This document shows, piece after piece, positions 25,656-38,662 of a stretch of DNA of 64,000 bases. The stretch is taken from positions 868,001 to 932,000 of the forward strand of contig OZ249436.1 of assembly GCA_965235115.1 (NCBI GenBank), in the 5' to 3' direction. Positions within the stretch are counted from its first letter, which is position 1. The number at the start of each line of letters is the position of its first letter. A model generated the notes under the pieces. That model was not told where the DNA came from. It made no database searches and saw nothing but the letters and a program-made list of their open reading frames with translations. Source of the DNA: Laetmonice hystrix (lineage: Eukaryota). The translations under genes and the position numbers were made by a program.

Positions 25656-27184
25656 GGGTGATTTTATGGCGTATAGTCTCATGAAACTTAAGTACAACAT
25701 GTACTTTATAGAAGGTACCGATACTAAGTATTCAAGGTCGATGGGCTTCTGAAGGACAGATCCTATAAAGGTCACCATGGGGGAGCCAGGTGATATGTGA
25801 ATAATGAAAAAAAGAATTCTGAGGGAAAGAGAACTACTAGGTCAGATGGATGTAGTTGGTCCTAGGGCATGTTATGTTGGAGGTGTCGGTAATTGGGAGA
25901 ATAAATGATAGACCGTCGAAATATCTCTGTGAACCTCCGTCACACGGTCTCTGAGTGAGTTACTGCGGGACTACTGATGGATCAGCACGCGTCACGTGAC
26001 CGGGCGATAATTAAGTGATTTCCTGCATGCTGACATGTCGTATCCACGTATCGACTCGGCTAATGTCGACAACTGGTTTAGTCAGCACGGTCTAAAACCC
26101 AAGGTTTGATTACATCCGGTACGAGACTCGACATCTCAGGCATGTTGAGACAAGCGTCCTCAGCCTCGGGCATGTGTAATTATGGCAATTTGGACCATGT
26201 TTATTCCAGCGCTAGAGGCGGCGCATGCTCAACATTGCCTGAATTGGCCACTAGGGGGAGTTCTGAAGAACATCTTCATGGGTGGCTAGGTATAGGCGCG
26301 ACGTGTGGCACCATGGGATCTTACTGTGACTCACAGATACCGCCACCTCCCCCTCCAGTTGCCAGTGGTGATAACTGGGAATCAGTCACAGACGCTGACG
26401 AAAAACGTTTGGTATTCAATCAATGCAGGAAGTCACCAAAGAAAGGGCAGAAATTCCTTTCTCAGCCTTATTGTTTCAAGTACCTTTGAAATAAGCCTCT
26501 TTTTTCTGGTTCGGTCTTCTTACAGCATTCTGGTGAAATAATTGGTTTAGTTCAAAGGGCGAAAGGCACTCAGTACAGGAAGGCTTTCAAGTAAGGCCGG
26601 ACATGTGGCCGATCAGTTTGAGATTGCTGGTTCTGGCAGTTCAGCATCAGGCGGGGCCAACCAAAGATACCCCCTCCCCTTGGTCAGATCAAAGAGGGCA
26701 CAGTTCGACCAGACACGGAATGAAACATCGGCCATTTGTAAGAGATGGAAGCTGGTTGGACAATCGGGATGCGGGCAGTGGAGCACCACGTGGTATTAGT
26801 GGGCTGGCGCCCCGTCACATGCACTGTTCATTTCATGGTGAAATGCTCCGAGCATTTTACTTGCCTCCCCACTATCTGCTTCCATAAAGAACAAATGAGC
26901 CTAACTTGGTTTGCCTGGCTGGCTGTGGGGTCTGGCTAGTGTATGCCTGGCTGGGTTACCCTTGAGACAGCTTCCCCACAGGAACTTATAGCATATCCGC
27001 CTCATCAGCCCGTTATGTCTTAATACCAGGTTGACTCTTCATATGGATGGAATGATAAAAAAACTGACTTAGGCAGACAAATGAATAGATAACAGAGGTT
27101 GGGTTGGATTGTCGAGGTTATACACAAGATAAAATGGTTCGCATGACAAGTTGAACTTGTACATAAACAGGGAAACCTCGGCCC

Positions 27185-27515
27185 TATTTGTGGTTGTGCC
27201 CGGCCGTATTTGTGGTTGTGCCCGGCCGTATTTGTGGTTGTGCCCGGCCGTATTTGTGGTCGTGCCCGCCGTATTTGTGGTCGTGCCCGGCCGTATTTGT
27301 GGTTGTGCCCGGCCGTATTTGTGGTTGTGCTCGGCCGTATTTGTGGTGGTGCCCCGCCGTATTTGTGGTTGTGCCCGGCCGTATTTGTGGTTGTGCCCGG
27401 CCGTATTTGTGGTCGTGCCCGCCGTATTTGTGGTCGTGCCCGGCCGTATTTGTGGTTGTGCCCGGCCGTATTTGTGGTTGTGCTCGGCCGTATTTGTGGT
27501 GGTGCCCGGCCGTAT
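27185..27515. repeat. Minisatellite, 21/22-bp unit, about 15 copies
   Basis: Unit gccgtatttgtggttgtgcccg. Confidence 0.96.
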
Positions 27516-27594
27516 ATTGACGGAGTTCAGTTTCGTGAATCAAACCGGAAGGACAATGATTAATTTGGTGATAACTTCCGGTGCTATTTGCGAT

Positions 27595-28763
27595 TTTGAA
27601 ATATCTTGATGTGTTGGAACAGTCGCTATGATTGACCTTTATTTGAAATATCTTGATGCGTTGGAACAGTCGCTATGATTGACCTGTATTTGAAATATCT
27701 TGATGCGTTGGAACAGTCGCTATGATTGACCTGTATTTGAAATATCTTGATGTGTTGGAACAGTCGCTATGATTGACCTGTATTTGAAATATCTTGATGC
27801 GTTGGAACAGTCGCTATGATTGACCTGTATTTGAAATATCTTGATGCGTTGGAACAGTCGCTATGAATGACCTGTATTTGAAATATCTTGATGTGTTGGA
27901 ACAGTCGCTATGATTGACTGTATTTGAAATATCTTGATGTGTTAGAACAGTCGCTATGATTGACTGTATTTGAAATATCTTGATGCGTTGGAACAGTCGC
28001 TATGATTGACCTGTATTTGAAGTGTCTTGATGCGTTGGAACAGTCGCTATGATTGACCTGTATTTGAAATATCTTGATGCGTTGGAACAGTCGCTATGAA
28101 TGACCTGTATTTGAAATATCTTGATGCGTTGGAACAGTCGCTATGATTGACTGTATTTGAAATATCTTGATGCGTTGGAACAGTCGCTATGATTGACCTG
28201 TATTTGAAATATCTTGATGCGTTGGAACAGTCGCTATGATTGACCTGTATTTGAAATATCTTGATGCGTTGGAACAGTCGCTATGATTGACTGTATTTGA
28301 AATATCTTGATGCGTTGGAACAGTCGCTATGATTGACTGTATTTGAAATATCTTGATGCGTTGGAACAGTCGCTATGATTGACTGTATTTGAAATATCTT
28401 GATGCGTTGGAACAGTCGCTATGATTGACTGTATTTGAAATATCTTGATGCGTTGGAACAGTCGCTATGATTGACCTGTATTTGAAATATCTTGATGTGT
28501 TGGAACAGTCGCTATGATTGACCTGTATTTGAAATATCTTGATGCGTTGGAACAGTCGCTATGATTGACTGTATTTGAAATATCTTGATGCGTTGGAACG
28601 GTCGCTATGATTGACCTGTATTTGAAATATCTTGATGCGTTGGAACAGTCGCTATGATTGACCTGTATTTGAAATATCTTGATGCGTTGAACAGTCGCTA
28701 TGATTGACCTGTATTTGAAATATCTTGATGCGTTGGAACAGTCGCTATGATTGACCTGTATTT
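27595..28763. repeat. Minisatellite, 46/47-bp unit, about 25 copies
   Basis: Unit tttgaaatatcttgatgcgttggaacagtcgctatgattgac(c)tgta. Confidence 0.97.
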
Positions 28764-29110
28764 TTAGAATATTACTTTCAGACATATATCCTTTAAGAGA
28801 GGAAAGGATAGCAAATTATTGATATTGAGGGAGGGAACCTGTGGTTCAGGGTGGTCGAGGTTCACCACCACACGTTAAGCAGCAGACCTTCTTGGACCAC
28901 ACAGGAAATAGGTCCCCATCATTGGAACGCGAAATCGCACGGACGATCGTTTCTGTGAGTTTGGTTCTTTATATCGTCTAAACAGACACGGGAGCATGCT
29001 TGGAATTCCCATCCGGGATCCCGATTCTCATCTCTTTCAGACCATATGTGTTTTAAGCCGTTTAAGAATTCAAGTTGTGGCACTGCTAATTTCCTCAGGG
29101 AGAGATTAAG

Positions 29111-30971
29111 TCAGAGCTGAAGACGTAGTCACACATTCTGGTAATGTTTGCCACTCAGAGCTGAAGACGTAGTCACACATTGATAATGTTTGCCACTCAG
29201 AGCTGAAGACGTAGTCACACATTCTGGTAATGTTTGCCACTCAGAGCTGAAGACGTAGTCACACATTGTGATGATGTTTGCCACTCAGAGCTGAAGACGT
29301 AGTCACACATTCTGATAATGTTTCCCACTCAGAGCTGAAGACGTAGTCACACATTCTGATGATGTTTGCCACTCAGAGCTGAAGACGTAGTCACACATTC
29401 TGATGATGTTTGCCACTCAGAGCTGAAGAGGTAGTCACACATTCTGATAATGTTTGCCACTCAGAGCTGAAGACTTAGTCACACATTCTGATAATGTTTG
29501 CCACTCAGAGCTGAAGACGTAGTCACACATTCTGATGATGTTTGCCACTCAGAGCTGAAGACGTAGTCACACATTCTGATAATGTTTGCCTCTCAGAGCT
29601 GAAGACGTAGTCACACATTCTGATGATGTTTGCCACTCAGAGCTGAAGACGTAGTCACACATTCTGATAATGTTTGCCACTCAGAGCTGAAGACGTAGTC
29701 ACACATTCTGATAATGTTTGCCACTAAAGACGTAGTCACACATTCTGATGATGTTTGCCACTCAGAGCTGAAGACGTAGTCACACATTCTGATAATGTTT
29801 GCCACTCAGAGCTGAAGACGTAGTCACACATTCTGATAATGTTTGCCACTCAGAGCTGAAGACGTAGTCACACATTCTGATGATGTTTGCCACTCAGAGC
29901 TGAAGACGTAGTCACACATTCTGATAATGTTTGCCACTAAAGACGTAGTCACACATTCTGATGATGTTTGCCACTCAGAGCTGAAGACGTAGTCACACAT
30001 TCTGATAATGTTTGCCACTAAAGACGTAGTCACACATTCTGATGATGTTTGCCACTCAGAGCTGAAGACGTAGTCACACATTCTGATGATGTTTGCCACT
30101 CAGAGCTGAAGACGTAGTCTCACATTCTGATAATGTTTGCCACTCAGAGCTGAAGACGTAGTCACACATTCTGATGATGTTTGCCACTCAGAGCTGAAGA
30201 CGTAGTCACACATTCTGATGATGTTTGCCACTCAGAGCTGAAGACGTAGTCACACATTCTGATAATGTTTGCCACTAAAGACGTAGTCACACATTCTGAT
30301 GATGTTTGCCACTCAGAGCTGAAGACGTAGTCACACATTCTGATGATGTTTGCCACTCAGAGCTGAAGACGTAGTCTCACATTCTGATAATGTTTGCCAC
30401 TCAGAGCTGAAGACGTAGTCACACATTCTGATGATGTTTGCCACTCAGAGCTGAAGACGTAGACACACATTCTGATAATGTTTGCCACTCAGAGCTGAAG
30501 ACGTAGTCACACATTCTGATAATGTTTGCCACTCAGAGCTGAAGACGTAGTCTCACATTCTGATAATGTTTGCCACTCAGAGCTGAAGACGTAGTCACAC
30601 ATTCTGATAATGTTTGCCTCTCAGAGCTGAAGACGTAGTCACACATTCTGATAATGTTTGCCACTCAGAGCTGAAGACGTAGTCACACATTCTGATAATG
30701 TTTGCCACTCAGAGCTGAAGACGTAGTCACACATTCTGATAATGTTTCCCACTCAGAGCTGAAGACGTAGTCACACATTCTGATGATGTTTGCCACTGAA
30801 GACGTAGTCACACATTCTGATGATGTTTGCCACTCAGAGCTGAAGACGTAGTCACACATTCTGATGATGTTTGCCACTCAGAGCTGAAGACGTAGTCACA
30901 CATTCTGATGATGTTTGCCACTCAGAGCTGAAGACGTAGTCACACATTCTGATGATGTTTGCCACTCAGAG
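29111..30971. repeat. Minisatellite, 44-bp unit with 36-bp variants, about 43 copies
   Basis: Unit tcagagctgaagacgtagtcacacattctgat(a/g)atgtttgccac. Confidence 0.97.
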
Positions 30972-31764
30972 TAACGATAAAAGTCGTAAAAGTAACGATT
31001 TAAAAATTCGCTGGCGTAGATTTTGGATGGCATTCTTTGATAGCAATCCATGCTTATGTTGCCATGTCATCGCCCCTCCTCCACTGTGGGAGGTTTTAAT
31101 ATAATATATCACAAAGACATCAAGATACATGAGGGTGTCTTGTGCATGTCTTTTTGAATAGAACTCATTATTTTAGGGGGTTAGAACATTGATTTTGTAA
31201 CTTTTAAGCTGTTCCCAAAGGTTTAAGCCGATCTTCTAACAGTGTGGACCTGGTGCCCAGAACGAGAGAGCAGTCCGCCACTCAGACCCGATATTAATAC
31301 GACGAGGGCCCACCCACCCCCATCATGTAATATAAAACATATACCCCATCGGAAAATCAATATTTTTCATTTTCTCTGCTTTCCCCTAATTCTTTCTCAA
31401 TGGGACTGTCCCTCATTTAGCGGCTGATCCAGCCCGATGTCTGAGTCTCCTGACATTGAAAACCTGCGTTGCCGTCCCCGCTCTGGTTATTGTGACCTGT
31501 CGGTGACCTTGAGTTGGTGGTGCCTGTCTCTTGTGTACGCGTCACAATTGATTGTACCATCAGTCGCAGAGCAAGACGCATCAGTCGCAGAGCTCAAGAC
31601 AAATTGACATGGAGCGTGAAACTTAAAGACAAAAACTGTAGGAATGGGGTTGAGGGGTGAGGAGGGTGTGTAGGGTGATGTGATGGTGATGGGAGGTTTG
31701 CTGCGTTATCCCCGCCCTCATGATTGGGGCACGGTTCAGACAGGGTGGTCGTTGAATGAAGAGG

Positions 31765-33207
31765 ATGATAACATTAAGTGCCAGCTCCACCGGCTCTGGT
31801 GTAAATGATAACATTAAGTGCCAGCTCCACCGGCTCTTGTGTAAATGATAACATTAAGTGGCAGCTCCACCGGCTCTGGTGTAAATGATAACATTAAGTG
31901 CCAGCTCCACCGGCTCTGGTGTAAATGATAACATTAAGTGCCAGCTCCACCGGCTCTTGTGTAAATGATAACATTAAGTGGCAGCTCCACCGGCTCTGGT
32001 GTAAATGATAACATTAAGTGGCAGCTCCACCGGCTCTGGTGTAAATGATAACATTAAGTGCCATCTCCACCGGCTCTGGTGTAAATGATAACATTAAGTG
32101 CCAGCTCCACCGGCTCTTGTGTAAATGATAACATTAAGTGCCAGCTCCACCGGCTCTTGTGTAAATGATAACATTAAGTGCCAGCTCCACCGGCTCTTGT
32201 GTAAATGATAACATTAAGTGGCAGCTCCACCGGCTCTTGTGTAAATGATAACATTAAGTGCCAGCTCCACCGGCTCTTGTGTAAATGATAACATTAAGTG
32301 GCAGCTCCACCGGCTCTTGTGTAAATGATAACATTAAGTGCCAGCTCCACCGGCTCTGGTGTAAATGATATCATTAAGTGCCAGCTCCACCGGCTCTTGT
32401 GTAAATGATAACATTAAGTGCCAGCTCCACCGGCTCTTGTGTAAATGATAACATTAAGTGCCAGCTCCACCGGCTCTTGTGTAAATGATAACATTAAGTG
32501 GCAGCTCCACCGGCTCTGGTGTAAATGATAACATTAAGTGGCAGCTCCACCGGCTCTTGTGTAAATGATAACATTAAGTGGCAGCTCCACCGGCTCTGGT
32601 GTAAATGATAACATTAAGTGCCAGCTCCACCGGCTCTGGTGTAAATGATAACATTAAGTGCCAGCTCCACCGGCTCTTGTGTAAATGATAACATTAAGTG
32701 CCAGCTCCACCGGCTCTGGTGTAAATGATAACATTAAGTGCCAGCTCCACCGGCTCTTGTGTAAATGATAACATTAAGTGCCAGCTCCACCGGCTCTTGT
32801 GTAAATGATAACATTAAGTGCCAGCTCCACCGGCTCTTGTGTAAATGATAACATTAAGTGCCAGCTCCACCGGCTCTTGTGTAAATGATAACATTAAGTG
32901 CCAGCTCCACCGGCTCTTGTGTAAATGATAACATTAAGTGGCAGCTCCACCGGCTCTGGTGTAAATGATAACATTAAGTGCCAGCTCCACCGGCTCTTGT
33001 GTAAATGATAACATTAAGTGCCAGCTCCACCGGCTCTTGTGTAAATGATAACATTAAGTGCCAGCTCCACCGGCTCTTGTGTAAATGATAACATTAAGTG
33101 CCAGCTCCACCGGCTCTTGTGTAAATGATAACATTAAGTGGCAGCTCCACCGGCTCTGGTGTAAATGATAACATTAAGTGCCAGCTCCACCGGCTATTGT
33201 GTAAATG
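31765..33207. repeat. Minisatellite, strict 40-bp unit, 36 copies
   Basis: Unit atgataacattaagtg(c/g)cagctccaccggctct(g/t)gtgtaa. Confidence 0.98.
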
Positions 33208-33491
33208 GAGATTTCGATAAGAATGAACACTGAAACCTTAAACCAGCTTAAAACCTTTTTTTTAAAACAGAACCATCGAAGTTATTCCAATCAGATCTTC
33301 TCCTAATGGTAAGGGACTTTTCCCGGGAAATCCTCTCCGGAGAAATCAGTTTCGAGATTGGATTTTCTCAGACCTGTTATGGTAAGACAGTTGGTGTCAC
33401 ACGGTCCATTTGGCACGATCTGTCCCATTAGACCTACTTTACCACTTAGAGGGACCTTTTTTCTACTCAGCACACTTAGTAGGTTGACTGT

Positions 33492-35303
33492 AGATTGTAC
33501 AAGTTAGATAGGGCCAGATGACCGTCAGTGAGATTGTACAAGTTAGACAAGGCCAGATGACCGTCAGTGAGATTGTACAAGTTAGATAGGGCCAGATGAC
33601 CGTCAGTGAGATTGTACAAGTTAGACAGGGCCAGATGACCGTCAGTGAGATTGTACAAGTTAGACAAGGCCAGATGACCGTCAGTGAGATTGTACAAGTT
33701 AGATAGGGCCAGATGACCGTCAGTGAGATTGTACAAGTTAGACAGGGCCAGATGACCGTCAGTGAGATTGTACAAGTTAGACAGGGCCAGATGACCGTCA
33801 GTGAGATTGTACAAGTTAGATAGGGCCAGATGACCGTCAGTGAGATTGTACAAGTTAGACAGGGCCAGATGACCGTCAGTGAGATTGTACAAGTTAGACA
33901 GGGCCAGATGACCGTCAGTGAGATTGTACAAGTTAGATAGGGCCAGATGACCGTCAGTGAGATTGTACAAGTTAGATAGGGCCAGATGACCGTCAGTGAG
34001 ATTGTACAAGTTAGATAGGGCCAGATGACCGTCAGTGAGATTGCACAAGTTAGATAGGGCCAGATGACCGTCAGTGAGATTGTACAAGTTAGATAGGGCC
34101 AGATGACCGTCAGTTAGATTGTACAAGTTAGACAGGGCCAGATGACCGTCAGTGAGATTGTACAAGTTAGACAAGGCCAGATGACCGTCAGTGAGATTGC
34201 ACAAGTTAGACAGGGCCAGATGACCGTCAGTGAGATTGTACAAGTTAGACAAGGCCAGATGACCGTCAGTGAGATTGTACAAGTTAGATAGGGCCAGATG
34301 ACCGTCAGTGAGATTGTACAAGTTAGACAAGGCCAGATGACCGTCAGTGAGATTGCACAAGTTAGACAGGGCCAGATGACCGTCAGTGAGATTGTACAAG
34401 TTAGACAAGGCCAGATGACCGTCAGTGAGATTGTACAAGTTAGATAGGGCCAGATGACCGTCAGTGAGATTGTACAAGTTAGACAAGGCCAGATGACCGT
34501 CAGTGAGATTGCACAAGTTAGATAGGGCCAGATGACCGTCAGTGAGATTGTACAAGTTAGACAGGGCCAGATGACCGTCAGTGAGATTGCACAAGTTAGA
34601 CAGGGCCAGATGACCGTCAGTGAGATTGTACAAGTTAGACAGGGCCAGATGACCGTCAGTGAGATTGTACAAGTTAGACAGGGCCAGATGACCGTCAGTG
34701 AGATTGTACAAGTTAGACACGGCCAGATGACCGTCAGTGAGATTGTACAAGTTAGACAGGGCCAGATGACCGTCAGTGAGATTGCACAAGTTAGACAGGG
34801 CCAGATGACCGTCAGTGAGATTGTCCAAGTTAGATAGGGCCAGATGACCGTCAGTGAGATTGTACAAGTTAGACAGGGCCAGATGACCGTCAGTGAGATT
34901 GTACAAGTTAGACAGGGCCAGATGACCGTCAGTGAGATTGTACAAGTTAGACAGGGCCAGATGACCGTCAGTGAGATTGTACAAGTTAGACAGGGCCAGA
35001 TGACCGTCAGTGAGATTGTACAAGTTAGATAGGGCCAGATGACCGTCAGTGAGATTGTACATGTTAGATAGGGCCAGATGACCGTCAGTGAGATTGTACA
35101 TGTTAGATAGGGCCAGATGACCGTCAGTGAGATTGTACAAGTTAGACAAGGCCAGATGACCGTCAGTGAGATTGTATAAGTTAGATAGGGCCAGATGACC
35201 GTCAGTGAGATTGTACAAGTTAGATAGGGCCAGATGGCCGTCAGTGAGATTGTACAAGTTAGACAGGGCCAGATGACCGTCAGTGAGATTGTACAAGTTA
35301 GAT
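33492..35303. repeat. Minisatellite, 39-bp unit, about 46 copies
   Basis: Unit gtgagattgtacaagttaga(t/c)agggccagatgaccgtca. Confidence 0.97.
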
Positions 35304-35607
35304 GACCCACCGTCACCTGCCACCGGTACCGGTAATAGAGAACAACAATGTTACCTTGGCCTGTTACAGCGCGCCCACCGTCACCTGCCACCGTTACCGG
35401 TGTCACCTGCCACCGGTACCGGTGATCTATCACTTCCATAAAGAAATCACGCCCTGGAGAAAGGAAAGACAAGGGCGAGAAAGATTATAATATCCCTTTT
35501 TTTAGGTCCCCCTGTGAATATGAAAACCGCTGCCGGTAGCTTCCAAGCGTGAGCTACAGCTGCGGCTGGTGGTGGTGGATGATCGGAGACTATCTTCAGG
35601 ATGGATT

Positions 35608-38234
35608 AAGTCTCGTTCCTCTCAATCATAATGTGAGCGGTGATAGAATCACATCAATATCAGAGGTCTGACACATACAGGACCATTGTCTTTAGATCCA
35701 ACAAGTCTCGTTCCTCTCAATCATAATGTGAGCTGTGATAGAATCACATCAATATCAGAGGTCTGACACATACAGGACCAATTGTCTTCAGATCCAACAA
35801 GTCTCGTTCCTCTCAATCATAATGTGAGCGGTGAGGTCTGACACATACAGGACCATTGTCTTCAGATCCAACAAGTCTCGTTGCTCTCAATCATAATGTG
35901 AGCGGTGAGGTCTGACACATACAGGACCATTGTCTTCAGATCCAACAAGTCTCGTTCCTCTCAATCATAATGTGAGCGGTGAGGTCTGACACATACAGGA
36001 CCATTGTCTTCAGATCCAACAAGTCTCGTTCCTCTCAGTCATAATGTGAGCGGTGAGGTCTGACACATACAGGACCATTGTCTTCAGATCCAACAAGTCT
36101 CGTTCCTCTCAATCATAATGTGAGCGGTGAGGTCTGACACATACAGGACCATTGTCTTCAGATCCAACAAGTCTCGTTCCTCTCAGTCATAATGTTAGCG
36201 GTGAGGTCTGACACATACAGGACCATTGTCTTCACATCCAACAAGTCTCGTTCCCCTCAGTCATAATGTGAGCGGTGAGGTCTGACACATACAGGACCAT
36301 TGTCTTCAGATCCAACAAGTCTCGTTCCTCTCAATCATAATGTGAGCGGTGATAGAATAACCATCAATATCACAGGTCTGACACATACAGGACCATTGTC
36401 TTCAGATCCAACAAGTCTCGTTGCTCTCAGTCATAATGTGAGCGGTGATAGAATCACATCAATATCAGAGGTCTGACACATACAGGACCATTGTCTTCAG
36501 ATCCAACAAGTCTCGTTGCTCTCAGTCATAATGTGAGCGGTGATAGAATCACATCAATATCAGAGGTCTGACACATACAGGACCATTGTCTTCAGATCCA
36601 ACAAGTCTCGTTCCTCTCAATCATAATGTGAGCGGTGAGGTCTGACACATACAGGACCATTGTCTTCAGATCCAACAAGTCTCGTTCCTCTCAATTATAA
36701 TGTGAGCGGTGAGGTCTGACACATACAGGACCATTGTCTTCAGATCCAACAAGTCTCGTTCCTCTCAATCATAATGTGAGCGGTGAGGTCTGACACATAC
36801 AGGACCATTGTCTTCAGATCCAACAAGTCTCGTTCCTCTCAGTCATAATGTGAGCGGTGAGGTCTGACACATACAGGACCATTGTCTTCAGACCTAACAA
36901 GTCTCGTTCCTCTCAGTCATAATGTGAGCGGTGAGGTCTGACACATACAGGACCATTGTCTTCAGATCCAACAAGTCTCGTTCCTCTCAGTCATAATGTG
37001 AGCGGTGAGGTCTGACACATACAGGACCATTGTCTTCAGATCCAACAAGTCTCGTTCCTCTCAGTCATAATGTGAGCGGTGAGGTCTGACACATACAGGA
37101 CCAATGTCTTCAGATCCAACAAGTCTCGTTCCTCTCAATCATAATGTGAGCGGTGAGGTCTGACACATACAGGACCATTGTCTTCAGATCCAACAAGTCT
37201 CGTTCCTCTCAGTCATAATGTGAGCGGTGAGGTCTGACACATACAGGACCATTGTCTTCAGATCCAACAAGTCTCGTTCCTCTCAATCGTAATGTGAGCG
37301 GTAGTAGGATCACATCAATATCAGAGGTCTGACACATACAGGACCATTGTCTTCAGATCCAACAAGTCTCGTTCCTCTCAGTCATAATGTGAGCGGTGAG
37401 GTCTGACACATACAGGACCAATGTCTTCAGACCCAACAAGTCTCGTTCCTCTCAGTCATAATGTGAGCGGTGAGGTCTGACACATACAGGACCAATGTCT
37501 TCAGACCCAACAAGTCTCGTTCCTCTCAGTCATAATGTGAGCGGTGATAGAATCACATCAATATCAGAGGTCTGACACATACAGGACCATTGTCTTCAGA
37601 TCCAACAAGTCTCGTTCCTCTCAGTCATAATGTGAGCGGTGATAGAATCACATCAATATCAGAGGTCTGACACATACAGGACCATTGTCTTCAGATCCAA
37701 CAAGTCTCGTTCCTCTCAGTCATAATGTGAGCGGTGAGGTCTGACACATACAGGACCAATGTCTTCAGACCCAACAAGTCTCGTTCCTCTCAGTCATAAT
37801 GTGAGCGGTGAGGTCTGACACATACAGGACCAATGTCTTCAGACCCAACAAGTCTCGTTCCTCTCAGTCATAATGTGAGCGGTGATAGAATCACATCAAT
37901 ATCAGAGGTCTGACACATACAGGACCATTGTCTTCAGATCCAACAAGTCTCGTTCCTCTCAGTCATAATGTGAGCGGTGAGGTCTGACACATACAGGACC
38001 ATTGTCTTCAGATCCAACAAGTCTCGTTCCTCTCAATCATAATGTGAGCGGTGAGGTCTGACACATACAGGACCATTGTCTTCAGACCCAACAAGTCTCG
38101 TTCCTCTCAATCATAATGTGAGCGGTGAGGTCTGACACATACAGGACCATTGTCTTCAGACCCAACAAGTCTCGTTCCTCTCAATCATAATGTGAGCGGT
38201 GAGGTCTGACACATACAGGACCATTGTCTTCAGA
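35608..38234. repeat. Minisatellite, 74/95-bp units, about 33 copies
   Basis: Unit aagtctcgttcctctcaatcataatgtgagcggtga(tagaatcacatcaatatcaga)ggtctgacacatacaggaccattgtcttcagatccaac. Confidence 0.97.
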
Positions 38235-38662
38235 ATAAATACACCAACATTCCTTAGGATAGCTGAGGGATGTTTTTACATCGGGGCTGGTGGATATTAG
38301 GTATCCGTAATCACAATCATGAACGCACTAATCATGTTAAGGAATGTAATGATGATAGAAAATCTACTGATAATCATGGTAACGATTGTAATCATTAGAG
38401 TAATGATATTGACATTGGCCGTATTTAAGTCTAGGATACAAAATATCAGATATGAGTTCAAAGATACGTGCTTGACACGTTGATAACAGAATGTGTAAGA
38501 GCAGGGCTCGGTTCGTAAAATCTTAAGATCTTACTCAGCAGACCAGCCAATCAGAAGCGTTGTTAGTGAACGAATCGGTGTTCCTATGGTGTGCCGTTAG
38601 GTAGGACCGTTCCCTCCGTCAAAAACACTACGGGGGCAGCAGTGGTTGACCGTCAACCAGAA

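Noticed and set aside
33476-35472. 615-aa and 452-aa ORFs with a 13-aa leucine-rich repeat (NLYNLTDGHLALS)
   Set aside because: They derive from the 39-bp array. Several frames on both strands are open, variation shows no synonymous bias, and the period does not fit a true LRR of 20-29 aa.
35608-38234. lac-operator-like aatgtgagcgg in each unit
   Set aside because: It is only a partial half-site without the symmetric half, so a chance match rather than vector contamination.
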